The notes: generated from the sequence alone by a model not told the origin. A stretch of DNA of 53,342 nt from a bacterium (GCA_030539175.1 JAUNSN010000004.1:1-53342), one strand, 5' to 3'. Numbered from the stretch's first letter, positions 18,852 to 29,447 are shown. Translations and numbers: made by a program.

Positions 18852-21800
18852 TTAACTATTTACCAATTCTTTAACCAACTCTAATAATTTAGTTAAATAT
18901 ATTAAAAAATGTTCTTCTAAACCTTTCAATTTTAAATTAATAACTATTTCTTCGTCATGATAACTAAAGTTAAACTTTTTACAAATATCATAGGCACTGT
19001 TAAACAACTTATTCACTTCTATTTTTGAACTAATTTCTTTTGGTAAATAAATATCAATAATATCTTTAGTTTGTTTTACTTTTTTTATTTTTAATAACCT
19101 AGCAATTTTTTCAAACCATTCTTCATATAAATAAATTTCTAAATTATTATTTATTTTACCAAATCTATCTTCAAATTTAAGTTTAACCTCTTTTAATTTT
19201 TCATAACTATCTATTTCATTAATCATCTTATTAACTTCTATTTTTAAATCATCATCTAATAAATATTCCTCACCTATATGTGTATCTACAGTAATTAAAG
19301 CCGTATTGTCAGTATCCACTTCTTTTTCTTTTTCACCCTTTAATTTCAAAACTGCATCATTTACCATTTTTAAATATAATTCCATACCAACGGTATTGAT
19401 AAATCCTGATTGCTCACTTCCTATTATGTCTCCAGCCCCTCTAATAGATAAATCACGCATTGCAATACGAAAACCGCTACCAAGTTCAGTAAATTCTTTA
19501 ATAGTATTTAACCTCTTCACTGCTAAATCATTTAATACTTTATGTTTATCATACATTAAATAAGCATAACCTATTCTTTCACTTCTTCCAATTCTTCCTC
19601 TAATTTGATACAACTGACTAAGACCAAATCTATCCGCATCTATAATAATTAAAGTATTAACATTAGGTATATCAATTCCTGTTTCAATAATAGTCGTACA
19701 TACTAAAACATTAAACTTATTATTTATAAAATTCATCATCTTATCTTCTAACATAATTTTAGTCATACGACCATGAGCAAAATCAATCTTAGCATCTGGT
19801 ACTAATTTCATTATTTCGTCAACTTTTTCCTCAATATTCTCTACCCTATTGTATAAAACAAAACATTGCCCACCTCTAGCTAATTCTTTATAAATAGCAT
19901 CCTTAATAACTTTTTCGTTAAACGGTAATACATACGTTTGAATTGGATATCTATTTACTGGAGGTGTTTCAATTAAAGCAAGTTCCCTAATTCCTGTAAC
20001 TGACATCTGCAAAGTTCTTGGTATTGGTGTTGCACTTAAAGTAAGTACATCTACATTACTTTTATACTCTTTTATTCTTTCCTTATGAGTAACACCAAAA
20101 CGTTGTTCTTCATCAATTACTAATAAACCTAAATCCTTAAAAACTATATCTTTGCTCAATATCCGATGAGTTCCAAATAAAATATCTACTTTTCCTTCTT
20201 TTAATTTACTTATAATAACTTTTTGGTCTTTAGGAGCAACAAAACGATTTAACAATCCAATTTCAATACCATAATTAGCAAATCTCTTTAATGCTGATTT
20301 ATATTGTTGACTTGCCAAAATAGTCGTTGGACACAAATAAGCAACTTGTTTGCCATCATTAACTGCTTTAAATATTGCCCGAAAAGCCACCTCTGTTTTT
20401 CCATAACCAACATCACCACACAAAAGCATATCCATAGGTCGTTGTTTTTCCATCGATCTCTTTATCTTTTCAATTGCTAAGGCTTGATCTTTGGTATCAG
20501 TAAATTCAAATTCATTTTCAAATATCAATTGGGTTTCATCATCTTTACTAAAAGCAAAGCCATTTAAAGCCTCTCTTTGGGCAGAAATTTCTAATATTTT
20601 CGTAGCAATATCATTAATCTTATTTCTCACTTTTTCTTTTTTCTTTTTCCAGCTATCACTACCCAATTTATCAATTCTTGGAACTATTCCTTCTTTAGAA
20701 GCATACTTACTAATTGAATCAATTTTTTCAACTGGTATATATAAACAATCATTTTCCAAGTATAATAACTTTATATAATCTTTTTTACAGCCATCCTTAA
20801 CTAAAGTAACAATACCATCATATATTCCAATTCCATTAGTAGAGTGAACTATATAATCACCTTTTTCAATATTTTTTACATCTTTAATTCTTGAACCAGA
20901 CTTAAACTTAGAAACATATCTATGTTTTTGTTTAGTATAAAATAAATCATTATTACTAATAACAACTAAATTATCTATAATATATCCATTACTAATTTTT
21001 TTTATAACTATGTTAATTTCATTATCTACAATTTTGTCTAAAGTAGTAAATATTAAATCATTACGTTCTAAATAATTAGTTATTCGTTGACTAACACTAC
21101 TATTATCAAAACATAAAATAACCGTCTTACCTTGTTTTTTATATAAATCAAGCTTTGTATTTAATTCACTTAAATTACCATGAAAATTTTCTATAGATTT
21201 ACTTTGATAAGTTTCATAAACTATTTCATTATCTTTTAAACATATATTATCAACCCCCATTAAATAAAATTCTTTAGTAAAATTAATTTTATCTAATTCA
21301 AACATATAATTAGTATTATATTTATCCTTATTTTTACTTTTATATTCCAATATTTCATCACATAAAAAACTATAACCATTTAATATTTGATTATAATCAA
21401 CATAAAAACATACAGAAGAATCTATATAATTAAATATACCATTTACATTATCAGAAAAAACTGGTAAATACTTCTGTTTCATATCCTCTTCTTCTACTAT
21501 TTTATCAATTATAAATTCTGTTACTGGTAAAATATCAATATTATCTATTTCACTAATAGATAATTGATCTTCAATATTAAAATATCTAATACTATCAATT
21601 TCATCATCAAAAAACTCAATTCTAAATGGATTATCATAACCAATAGCATAAATATCTAAAACAAACCCTCTAACAGCAATATCACCAGTATCACTTACCA
21701 TAGATTTTTTAGAATAACCTATTTTATACAATTTATCTATAATTACATCACGATTAATTATATCGCCTTTTTTTAAAGTTAATTTGCTCTTTTTCCATAT

Positions 21801-22163
21801 TTCTTTAACAGGTAAATACCTTAAGAATCCCATCAAATTAGTTACTACTATATAATAATCATCAATTAAATGATTAATTGTATTAACCCTCTCTAACATT
21901 AACTCTGGACTTATAACTAATGCTTCACTAGTTATAAAATCATCCATAGGAAAAAACAATACCTTAGAAGTATAGTTACTTAATATTTCATACATTTTTG
22001 TTGCTTCATATAAGTTATTAACAACAACCATCGTACTTTTTTTCAATTTCAAAAAAGCATTATAAATATATATACAAGACAATTCAGTATTTAAACCACT
22101 TACTTCTATATATTTATCATTCTTAATATTAAATATATTATCAAATTTATTCATTAGAAACAC
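18852..22163 (-). CDS. mfd: Transcription-repair coupling factor
   Basis: 1103 aa. 'LCGDVGYGKTEVA' Walker A, 'VIDEEQRFGV', and 'IRGRIGRS' helicase motif VI. Confidence 0.97.
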   Translation of the reverse strand: MFLMNKFDNIFNIKNDKYIEVSGLNTELSCIYIYNAFLKLKKSTMVVVNNLYEATKMYEILSNYTSKVLFFPMDDFITSEALVISPELMLERVNTINHLIDDYYIVVTNLMGFLRYLPVKEIWKKSKLTLKKGDIINRDVIIDKLYKIGYSKKSMVSDTGDIAVRGFVLDIYAIGYDNPFRIEFFDDEIDSIRYFNIEDQLSISEIDNIDILPVTEFIIDKIVEEEDMKQKYLPVFSDNVNGIFNYIDSSVCFYVDYNQILNGYSFLCDEILEYKSKNKDKYNTNYMFELDKINFTKEFYLMGVDNICLKDNEIVYETYQSKSIENFHGNLSELNTKLDLYKKQGKTVILCFDNSSVSQRITNYLERNDLIFTTLDKIVDNEINIVIKKISNGYIIDNLVVISNNDLFYTKQKHRYVSKFKSGSRIKDVKNIEKGDYIVHSTNGIGIYDGIVTLVKDGCKKDYIKLLYLENDCLYIPVEKIDSISKYASKEGIVPRIDKLGSDSWKKKKEKVRNKINDIATKILEISAQREALNGFAFSKDDETQLIFENEFEFTDTKDQALAIEKIKRSMEKQRPMDMLLCGDVGYGKTEVAFRAIFKAVNDGKQVAYLCPTTILASQQYKSALKRFANYGIEIGLLNRFVAPKDQKVIISKLKEGKVDILFGTHRILSKDIVFKDLGLLVIDEEQRFGVTHKERIKEYKSNVDVLTLSATPIPRTLQMSVTGIRELALIETPPVNRYPIQTYVLPFNEKVIKDAIYKELARGGQCFVLYNRVENIEEKVDEIMKLVPDAKIDFAHGRMTKIMLEDKMMNFINNKFNVLVCTTIIETGIDIPNVNTLIIIDADRFGLSQLYQIRGRIGRSERIGYAYLMYDKHKVLNDLAVKRLNTIKEFTELGSGFRIAMRDLSIRGAGDIIGSEQSGFINTVGMELYLKMVNDAVLKLKGEKEKEVDTDNTALITVDTHIGEEYLLDDDLKIEVNKMINEIDSYEKLKEVKLKFEDRFGKINNNLEIYLYEEWFEKIARLLKIKKVKQTKDIIDIYLPKEISSKIEVNKLFNSAYDICKKFNFSYHDEEIVINLKLKGLEEHFLIYLTKLLELVKELVNS

Positions 22164-22707
22164 CCCTATTATTATATTTATGTTGTAATTGTTCTAACGA
22201 CATATTAGCAAAATCAATAAGCAAATCAGAAAGAAGTGAAAATGTATTGATAATTTTCTCTTTTTCCATTTTAGTAAAATGACCTAATACATATGATGTC
22301 GTATCTATTTCACCATTACCAATACCAATTTTTATTCTCTTTATATCATTTGTTTTTAAATGATGGATTATATTAGTAATTCCGTTGTGTCCACCACTTG
22401 TACTATTAGTTACTATTTTAATTTTTCCTAATTCCATATCTTTATCATCCTGAATTATTAAAATATCAGATATCTTTATATTATAATAATTAGCAACCTT
22501 TTTTACCACTTCACCAGATAAGTTCATAAATTTTAAAGGCTTTAATACAATTAAATCTACATCATTACTTTTAACTCGCCACAACGAATAATCTTCTTTT
22601 TTAACATCTTCTTTAAACCCTAAATAATCAAGCAATTCAAATCCAACATTATGACGCGTATTATTATATTTTTTGCCTACATTACCAAGACCAACTATCA
22701 ATTTCAT
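22147..22707 (-). CDS. pth: Peptidyl-tRNA hydrolase
   Basis: 186 aa. 'LIVGLGNVGKKYNNTRHNVGF' and 'GGHNG'. Confidence 0.94.
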   Translation of the reverse strand: MKLIVGLGNVGKKYNNTRHNVGFELLDYLGFKEDVKKEDYSLWRVKSNDVDLIVLKPLKFMNLSGEVVKKVANYYNIKISDILIIQDDKDMELGKIKIVTNSTSGGHNGITNIIHHLKTNDIKRIKIGIGNGEIDTTSYVLGHFTKMEKEKIINTFSLLSDLLIDFANMSLEQLQHKYNNRGVSNE

Positions 22708-23549
22708 TACTGCTTCCTCCTATGATATTCATTATAGACATCGCTTTTAGGCATAGATCTATCTTTTGCGACCTTTTTTATTGCTTCCATTAAAGTTAAA
22801 CCATTTTTTACATAAATATCAACATTTAGTACTAAGTCCATATCTATTTCATAATTATTTTTATTACCTTCAACTACTATCACTATTTCCCCACAAATAC
22901 TTTCTAATTTAATCGCATCTTTTAAATATCCTCGATATATACTTTCATGTAATTTCGTTATTTCTCGTGATATAGAAACTCTTCTATCACCAAATATCTT
23001 ATACATTAATTTCAAAGTACTAATAACACGATGAGGACTTTCATAAAATATAAGAGTATGTTCTTCATCTACTAAAGAAGTTAACTTTTTTTGAATATTT
23101 TTTTTATTTAAAAAACCAAGAAATAAAAAAGATTCACTTTCTAACCCAGAAGTAATTAATGCAGGTATTAAAGCACAAGCCCCAGGAATACTAACAACAT
23201 TATAACCCGCTTTTTGAACAAGTTGAACAACTTTATAACCTGGATCGCTAATAATAGGTGTCCCCCTATCACTTACCAAAGCAACATTTAATCCTTTAGA
23301 TAAACTTAAAACTATTTTTTTTGCAACAGTTAGTTCATTAATATCATTACAAGTAATCAAACGATTTTCTATACCAAAATTAGCAAACAAAAACTTCGTT
23401 TGCCTCGTATCTTCAGAATAAACAACATCTACTTTTTTTAATGTATCAATTGCCCTAAAAGTCATATCTTGCATATTACCAATAGGGGTCGCAACTAAAT
23501 ACAAAGTTGGCTTATCATCATAACTAATCTGCCACATATTATCACCCAT
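22707..23549 (-). CDS. rsmI: 16S rRNA (cytidine1402-2'-O)-methyltransferase
   Basis: 'LYLVATPIGNMQDMTFRAIDTLKKVDVVYSEDTR'. The start is set at the ATG after an AGGAG RBS. The ORF-track extension to 23603 overlaps the upstream gene. Confidence 0.9.
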   Translation of the reverse strand: MGDNMWQISYDDKPTLYLVATPIGNMQDMTFRAIDTLKKVDVVYSEDTRQTKFLFANFGIENRLITCNDINELTVAKKIVLSLSKGLNVALVSDRGTPIISDPGYKVVQLVQKAGYNVVSIPGACALIPALITSGLESESFLFLGFLNKKNIQKKLTSLVDEEHTLIFYESPHRVISTLKLMYKIFGDRRVSISREITKLHESIYRGYLKDAIKLESICGEIVIVVEGNKNNYEIDMDLVLNVDIYVKNGLTLMEAIKKVAKDRSMPKSDVYNEYHRRKQ

Positions 23550-24249
23550 ACATTCTCCTAATTTCATCACAATAACTTCCATCTTCATTATGAACCACCA
23601 CAAAAGAAGATACCTTCATCCCAGGCTTACCACTTTTTATTCCTTTTATTAAAACTATTTCACTATCACTATTAACTTTCGAATATACAAACTTTAATTC
23701 TTTTGGCTCAAGATTATAAATTCGCATTTTATCTAATATTTCTAAAAGACGAGAAACTCGATGAACCATATAAAACTTACCACCATTTTTTAATATTTTT
23801 TTAGTAATTTTAAATATATCATCTAACGATACTTTAATTTCATGACGAGCAATAGATTTAATAGTATTAGCATTTAATTTTACTTCATTTTTAAAATATG
23901 GCGGATTTACAGTTACAATATCAAACGTATCAGAGTTATAATTCAATTTATTAATATCTTCATTTATTATTTTTATTTGTTTCTCTAAATTATTTTCTTT
24001 AATTGACTTATTAGCTAAATCACATATTTCTTTTTGTATTTCAACAGATACAATATTAGCATTAGTCCTTTTACTCAGCAGCATACCAATTGGAGCATTA
24101 CCACAGCATAAATCAATTATATTTTTCTCAGTATTAGTTAATACAACAAAATCAGCAAGTAAAACAGAATCAAGGGAAAAAGCAAACCATTCATTATTTT
24201 GATAAATGACCATATCTGAATAATTGAGCAATTTATTTTTTACAATCAT
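23542..24249 (-). CDS. SAM-dependent methyltransferase, YabB/TrmN6-like (tRNA m6A37 family)
   Basis: 235 aa. 'IIDLCCGNAPIG' SAM-binding loop and the 'VNPPYF' amino-methyltransferase motif. It is syntenic with B. subtilis yabB. Confidence 0.75.
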   Translation of the reverse strand: MIVKNKLLNYSDMVIYQNNEWFAFSLDSVLLADFVVLTNTEKNIIDLCCGNAPIGMLLSKRTNANIVSVEIQKEICDLANKSIKENNLEKQIKIINEDINKLNYNSDTFDIVTVNPPYFKNEVKLNANTIKSIARHEIKVSLDDIFKITKKILKNGGKFYMVHRVSRLLEILDKMRIYNLEPKELKFVYSKVNSDSEIVLIKGIKSGKPGMKVSSFVVVHNEDGSYCDEIRRMYG

Positions 24250-25009
24250 CTTTTACTTCCTCATCATAAATTGTATCGTCTATTAATACTTTATATTTAC
24301 CAGTAAATATATCAATAGATACTACACGTCCCATACCATTATTTGTAGTAACTAGAGAACCAACAGCAGGCATTTTACTCTTTAAATAAGAATAGCTTTC
24401 ATCCTCATAATTTAAACAACAAAGCAACCTACCACAAACACCATTAATTTTACTAGGATTCAAAGATAACATTTGATTTTTAGCCATATTAATAGAAACA
24501 CTATCAAAATTGTTTAGATATGTACTACAACATAAAAAACGTCCACATGGACCAATACCACCTAATATTTTTGCTTTATCTCTAATACCTACCTGTCTAA
24601 GTTCAATTCTTGTTTTAAAATAAGCACCTAAATCTCGAGCAAGTTGACGAAAATCAACACGACCATCAGACACAAACTTAAATATTAATTGACACCTATC
24701 AAAAGTATAATTAGCATTAATAATACGCATTTCTAATTTATTCTTTTCAATAAAATTTCGACATACACCTATCGCCTTAATAGAATCCGTTTCATTTTTT
24801 AGTTGAATTTTTTTATCTTGCTCAGTTGCAATACGTTGAACTACATAATCAAATTTATCACAACTCTCAACAAAAGAAACAACTTTACCATACAATAAGC
24901 ATTTATCATTAGAAACAATGACATCACTTCCAACAGGAAGTTCAATAATATTATTATTACAATATATCACTCGACCATTGGTTTCAAATTTAACACCAAC
25001 TACATTCAT
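24233..25009 (-). CDS. ricT: PSP1-domain regulatory iron-sulfur protein RicT/YaaT
   Basis: 'VVGVKFETNGRVIYC', 'GPCGRFLCCSTYL' and 'CGRLLCCLNYE' cysteine motifs. It lies downstream of holB. Confidence 0.87.
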   Translation of the reverse strand: MNVVGVKFETNGRVIYCNNNIIELPVGSDVIVSNDKCLLYGKVVSFVESCDKFDYVVQRIATEQDKKIQLKNETDSIKAIGVCRNFIEKNKLEMRIINANYTFDRCQLIFKFVSDGRVDFRQLARDLGAYFKTRIELRQVGIRDKAKILGGIGPCGRFLCCSTYLNNFDSVSINMAKNQMLSLNPSKINGVCGRLLCCLNYEDESYSYLKSKMPAVGSLVTTNNGMGRVVSIDIFTGKYKVLIDDTIYDEEVKDDCKK

Positions 25010-25847
25010 AAACATCACCGACCATCTTTATAATTACACTTTCCATTAGCATTACTAAATTTACATTATATTTTACAACACCTAAAGCAGACATAATAAC
25101 ATTAACCCTTTTAATTATATCATTTATTTCCAAATTAATAAATTCATTTATCGCTAATTTAGAAGAATAATTATTATTTACTTTTCCTTTAAGTACATTA
25201 ACATATATATCAAGAAACACTTCCATAGCAGCAATAAATGTTTGTTTATCATTAAAATAATTATGCCACAAACTATCCATATAAACAATAGAATGCAGTT
25301 TTTTTTCTTCAATACATAATGCAGTTTTTAATACTTTATTGTATAGTTCACTATCCACTAAAGTATTTACTTCCTCATCTTTTACCCTTATTATTTGACA
25401 TCGAGAAACAATTGTTGGAAGAATAGAATTTAAATTATTAGTAACTAAAAAAGCAACTACATCAGTAGATGGTTCTTCTAAAAATTTTAATAAACTATTA
25501 GCTGAATGTTTATTCATTTTATCACATTCATGAATAATATAAACTTGTTTATTACCACTTACTGATTCTTTAGAAAAGTTACTTTGTAATTCAATCAATT
25601 GCTCTTTTTTTATCCACATACCATCTGGTTTAATAATTTTTAAACCAAAATAATTTCCCTTATCAATTAAAGATGATATATTAGAAATATCTTCTTCTGT
25701 TTTATTAACAAGTAATATCTTCTTAACTATATCAAACAATAATTTTTCTTTATCTTTTATTCCCATATCAACAATTAAATAAGCATGCGATAAGCAATTA
25801 TTTAAAGCATATTTTGCAAACTTATTTATTGTATCTTTAGCATTCAT
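24990..25847 (-). CDS. holB: DNA polymerase III subunit delta'
   Basis: 285 aa. 'LSHAYL', 'NSLLKFLEEP' and 'ILPTIVSRCQ' clamp-loader motifs, with the degenerate Walker A typical of delta'. Confidence 0.82.
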   Translation of the reverse strand: MNAKDTINKFAKYALNNCLSHAYLIVDMGIKDKEKLLFDIVKKILLVNKTEEDISNISSLIDKGNYFGLKIIKPDGMWIKKEQLIELQSNFSKESVSGNKQVYIIHECDKMNKHSANSLLKFLEEPSTDVVAFLVTNNLNSILPTIVSRCQIIRVKDEEVNTLVDSELYNKVLKTALCIEEKKLHSIVYMDSLWHNYFNDKQTFIAAMEVFLDIYVNVLKGKVNNNYSSKLAINEFINLEINDIIKRVNVIMSALGVVKYNVNLVMLMESVIIKMVGDVYECSWC

Positions 25848-25858
25848 AAAATTACCTC

Positions 25859-26044
25859 CTAAAACAAAGATAAAGACATTATAACTAATCCAATTATAGA
25901 GGGAACACCTAATACCGTTACTAACATAACTGTAATTATATTAATAGGAATAGTAGCATTAAAAGATACTGCAACAACATTATAACCATACAACAATACA
26001 CAAGCAAATATTACTTTTTTTAATACTTTAAATATTTTTTCCAT
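25859..26044 (-). CDS. bofA: Pro-sigma-K processing inhibitor BofA family
   Basis: 61 aa with 2 TM segments. 'IPINIITVMLVTVLGVPSIIGLVIM' parallels B. subtilis BofA 'VPINLVTTAISGILGIPGIAALVVI'. Position next to recR is conserved. Confidence 0.72.
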   Translation of the reverse strand: MEKIFKVLKKVIFACVLLYGYNVVAVSFNATIPINIITVMLVTVLGVPSIIGLVIMSLSLF

Positions 26045-26083
26045 TTAGTATCACCAGTAGAATATATGAAAACAATAACAATA

Positions 26084-26686
26084 TTATGAAATATTTTTTC
26101 TTTCTTCCAAAGCTAATTCTAACGTTAAAGCATCAATATATTCCATATCTGCTCCAACTGGTATTCCACTAGCAATACGTGATATTTTAACAGAACAATT
26201 ATGTAATAATTTGTTAATATATTGCATAGTAGTTTCCCCTTCAATAGATGGTTTTAAAGCAAGTATTACTTCAGTAATATTATTGTTTTTTAAACGAACA
26301 ATCAACTCTTTTATAGTAACATCCTCGGGATTTATTCCATCAATTGGCGAAATCAAACCACCTAAAACATGATAAGTACCACTATAAACACCAAGTTTTT
26401 CAAAAGAAACAACATCTTTAGCAGTTTCCACAACCATAATTTGCGATTTATCACGTTTATTATCACTACAAATTATACATTTATCACCATCGCTAATATT
26501 AAAGCAATTACTACATTTACAAATTTTATCACGCAATTCTAAAATAGCATCAGAAAAATTAGTTAAATTATCTTTATCAAAGTTAAGCATTGAAAAAGCA
26601 AGTCGTTCCGCACTTTTTTCCCCAATACCAGGTAACAATTTTAAATTATCAATTATTTTTTTTACACTAACGGGATAAAACATCAC
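26084..26686 (-). CDS. recR: Recombination protein RecR
   Basis: 200 aa. 'LPGIGEKSAERLAF' HhH motif, a C4 zinc finger 'CSNCFNISDGDKCIIC', and a Toprim domain. Confidence 0.96.
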   Translation of the reverse strand: MMFYPVSVKKIIDNLKLLPGIGEKSAERLAFSMLNFDKDNLTNFSDAILELRDKICKCSNCFNISDGDKCIICSDNKRDKSQIMVVETAKDVVSFEKLGVYSGTYHVLGGLISPIDGINPEDVTIKELIVRLKNNNITEVILALKPSIEGETTMQYINKLLHNCSVKISRIASGIPVGADMEYIDALTLELALEERKNIS

Positions 26687-26982
26687 ATCAACCCAGAAAA
26701 ACCTTGACCATATTTACTCATTTTTTGTTCTTTATCTTCATCAATCTTTCTCATAGCATCATTGACAGCTACAATTATCATATCCTCTAACAATTCTATA
26801 TCATCATTTTCTATAGTATCTTTATCTTTTATCTCAACTTTAATTAATTCTTTCTTCCCATTTACAACAACACTAACTAAAGAACTAACGCCTTCATAAA
26901 CAGTTTCATTTAATTTTTCTTGTACCTCTAATATTTCTTTTTGCATTTTTTGTGCTTCTTTCATTAATTTTTGCATATTCAT
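26683..26982 (-). CDS. Nucleoid-associated protein YbaB/EbfC
   Basis: 99 aa. 'MQKLMKEAQKMQKEILEVQEKL...VVVNGKKELIKVEI'. It sits in dnaX-ybaB-recR synteny. Confidence 0.92.
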   Translation of the reverse strand: MNMQKLMKEAQKMQKEILEVQEKLNETVYEGVSSLVSVVVNGKKELIKVEIKDKDTIENDDIELLEDMIIVAVNDAMRKIDEDKEQKMSKYGQGFSGLM

Positions 26983-26995
26983 TATCTCAATCTCC

Positions 26996-28651
26996 TTATC
27001 TAATTTCTATTATATCATCACCAAAGACTTCAATCAAGGATTTTAAGTTGGAATCTTCTATATCTTCACTAATAAGTTCCTCTTCTTCTTCAATTAAAAC
27101 ATATTGATAATTATTATTTAGATTATCGATATATTTTCTTCTTTCAATTTCCCACTCTTTTTCATTCAAACAAACAATATTTATTGTTTTATTAAATAAC
27201 TCCTTTAACAAAAGACTTACTTGTTTTTCTAATGTATTGACCCGATCACGTACCGCAAGGGATTTTGCAAGCAATATCAAATTATTATCACCAGCAACTA
27301 ATACAGAAGTATCACGTAACAAACCCGCTACTATTTTGTATTTATCAACAATTAAAAAATCGTCCAACTGATTCCACTTATTTTTAGCATCAACCAATTT
27401 ATTCTTAGCGGCTGAACAAAAAGTATTATTAATTCTTAAATCTCTTTTAGGAAATAAATAATCAGTTAACTTTACTTCTCTTTTTTGGTTTTGAATATTA
27501 TTCAATTCTTTTTTATTTGGCACTTCCAGTAAGTTTTCCACAGGCTTATTTACACTTACTGGAATTATTGTTCCAGAGTTTTCCACAGGAGTGTCTATAG
27601 TCAACGAAACTAAATAAACTTCAAGTAAAACAAAAGGATATGAAGATATTTTTAATTCAGCCAACAGTTTATTCATCGCACCAAAACAAACATTTGCTTT
27701 TTCGAAGTTATATATAGATGCAAGATCACTTAACATTTTCACAGTACTATCTTCTTCAAAAACAACACCACTCTTATATAATAAAATATCTTTTATAAAA
27801 ATCATAAATTCTTCAACAAATTTTAAAATATTTTTACCTTCTTTATTCATTTTATCCACAATATTTAAAACATCAACTGTTGACTTTTCCCCAATAAATT
27901 TCAATAATTTATACATTTCTTCTAAACTAACAGTACCCGTAACTTCATGCACTGCTTCAACTGTTAATTTACCATCACAAAATGATATCAATTGATCAAG
28001 CAAACTAATTGAATCACGCATTCCACCATCTGATAAGCGCGCTATTTCTTTTAATACATCATCTGATACGTCTATTTTCTCTTTTCCACATATATATTTT
28101 AATCTAGCAACAATATTATCAACAGAAATTTTATTAAAGACAAATTTTTGACAACGAGATAACACGGTAACAGGAACTTTATGCAACTCAGTTGTTGCTA
28201 AAATGAAAATAACGTGACTAGGTGGTTCTTCAAGTGTCTTTAATAAAGCATTAAAGGCACTAGTTGTAAGCATGTGTACCTCATCAATTATATAAACCTT
28301 ATATTTAGCATTTGCTGGCACTAAATTAGCTTTTTCCCGCAAATCTCTTATCTCTTCCACCCCGTTATTTGACGCAGCGTCTATCTCTACAATATCTTCA
28401 TTAACCCCCAATAAACAAGTCGCACACTTTCCACAGGCCTCTCCTTTACTATTAGCTTCGCAATTAACCACATTTGCCAGTATTTTTGCCAAAGTTGTTT
28501 TACCTGTACCACGTTGACCCGCAAATAAATAAGCATGTGAAACACGATTATTAATTACTGAATTCTTTAAAACTCGTACTATATTATCTTGTCCAACAAC
28601 ATCAAAAAAAGTTTTAGGACGATACTTACGATACAATGCTAAATACCCCAT
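26996..28651 (-). CDS. dnaX: DNA polymerase III subunits gamma/tau
   Basis: 551 aa. 'GQRGTGKTT' Walker A, a zinc module 'CEANSKGEACGKCATC', 'IIDEVHML' and 'VLSRCQKF'. Confidence 0.96.
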   Translation of the reverse strand: MGYLALYRKYRPKTFFDVVGQDNIVRVLKNSVINNRVSHAYLFAGQRGTGKTTLAKILANVVNCEANSKGEACGKCATCLLGVNEDIVEIDAASNNGVEEIRDLREKANLVPANAKYKVYIIDEVHMLTTSAFNALLKTLEEPPSHVIFILATTELHKVPVTVLSRCQKFVFNKISVDNIVARLKYICGKEKIDVSDDVLKEIARLSDGGMRDSISLLDQLISFCDGKLTVEAVHEVTGTVSLEEMYKLLKFIGEKSTVDVLNIVDKMNKEGKNILKFVEEFMIFIKDILLYKSGVVFEEDSTVKMLSDLASIYNFEKANVCFGAMNKLLAELKISSYPFVLLEVYLVSLTIDTPVENSGTIIPVSVNKPVENLLEVPNKKELNNIQNQKREVKLTDYLFPKRDLRINNTFCSAAKNKLVDAKNKWNQLDDFLIVDKYKIVAGLLRDTSVLVAGDNNLILLAKSLAVRDRVNTLEKQVSLLLKELFNKTINIVCLNEKEWEIERRKYIDNLNNNYQYVLIEEEEELISEDIEDSNLKSLIEVFGDDIIEIR

Positions 28652-28705
28652 ACAATCACTCCCTCACATAATTGTAACACAATATTTTATCCACACCAAG
28701 CCCCA

Positions 28706-29116
28706 TTATCGTTTATTGATAAAAAAAGATTTCAAAATTTGTCCACATGCTGCAGTATCATCATCTGATTTTTCCACAAGTAATTTATGTTCAAGATTAT
28801 AGTTGCTCATTTTTTCCACACCATATACAACACGAGAAATTCTAGCAGCTTTAATAGCAGCCATACACATATCACAAGGCATTAAAGTCACATACATAGT
28901 TGTATCATCTAATCTCCAATCTTTTATTTTTCGCGATGCAGAAATAATTGCGATTATTTCTGCATGCATAATAGCACATCCCTTATTCTCCTTTTGATTA
29001 TATCCCCTACCAATTATTTTATCATTTTTAACAATAACAGCACCAACTGGCACTTCATCATTGTTAAAAGCTTTACAAGCTAATTTATAAGCTTCTTTCA
29101 TATATTTATTAACCAC
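28706..29116 (-). CDS. tadA: tRNA-specific adenosine deaminase
   Basis: 'EVPVGAVIV', 'HAEIIAI' and 'PCDMCMAA' deaminase zinc motifs. The start is uncertain: GTG 29116 lies 9 nt after GGAG, with ATG 29125 and ATG 29101 as alternatives. The ORF-track extension to 29206 runs through the SRP RNA. Confidence 0.88.
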   Translation of the reverse strand: MVNKYMKEAYKLACKAFNNDEVPVGAVIVKNDKIIGRGYNQKENKGCAIMHAEIIAIISASRKIKDWRLDDTTMYVTLMPCDMCMAAIKAARISRVVYGVEKMSNYNLEHKLLVEKSDDDTAACGQILKSFFINKR

Positions 29117-29140
29117 AACAATCATCTCCAATATTATTAC

Positions 29141-29221
29141 AAATAAAAGATGCACACAATAATTAAGTGTTAAAGCTGCTACCTTCCGGTCCTGACTTGG
29201 TTCCACTATTATTGTTGCATC
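29141..29221 (-). ncRNA. ffs: Signal recognition particle RNA, small (4.5S-like) type
   Basis: The minus strand reads GAUGCAACAAUAAUAGUGGAACCAAGUCAGGACCGGAAGGUAGCAGCUUUAACACUUAAUUAUUGUGUGCAUC-UUUUAUUU. It contains the conserved domain-IV core GUCAGG-NCC-GGAA-GGN-AGCAGC. Relative to E. coli UCC..GGA it has the compensatory pair ACC..GGU. It closes with long terminal helices (GAUGCA/UGCAUC, CAAUAAU/AUUAUUG). A promoter lies at the right distance. Confidence 0.82.
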
Positions 29222-29227
29222 AACTAC

Positions 29228-29256
29228 ACTATAACACTTTATTTTATTTTAATCAA
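29228..29256 (-). promoter_or_regulatory. Sigma-A-type promoter for the SRP RNA (TTGATT-17-TATAGT)
   Basis: -35 TTGATT at 29251-29256 and -10 TATAGT at 29228-29233 on the minus strand, with a 17-nt spacer. The predicted start site coincides with the 5' end of the SRP terminal helix. Confidence 0.55.
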
Positions 29257-29447
29257 GTATTTAACATGAGTTTTCCACATATTTATTCATCACCAACCGC
29301 AACTACTTCAATTTTACACAAACATATTGCAATTTTGAATTTTTTGTTCATATATATAATACAATTATTAATTTTCTGACATATATAACCTTGCAGTTAT
29401 TAAAAAACTGCAGTAAATTTCAACGAACATTGCTCCAAAAAAGTCCA

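Noticed and set aside
29167-29379. 70-aa plus-strand ORF
   Set aside because: It overlaps the SRP RNA and its promoter on the opposite strand, has no RBS, and is of low complexity.
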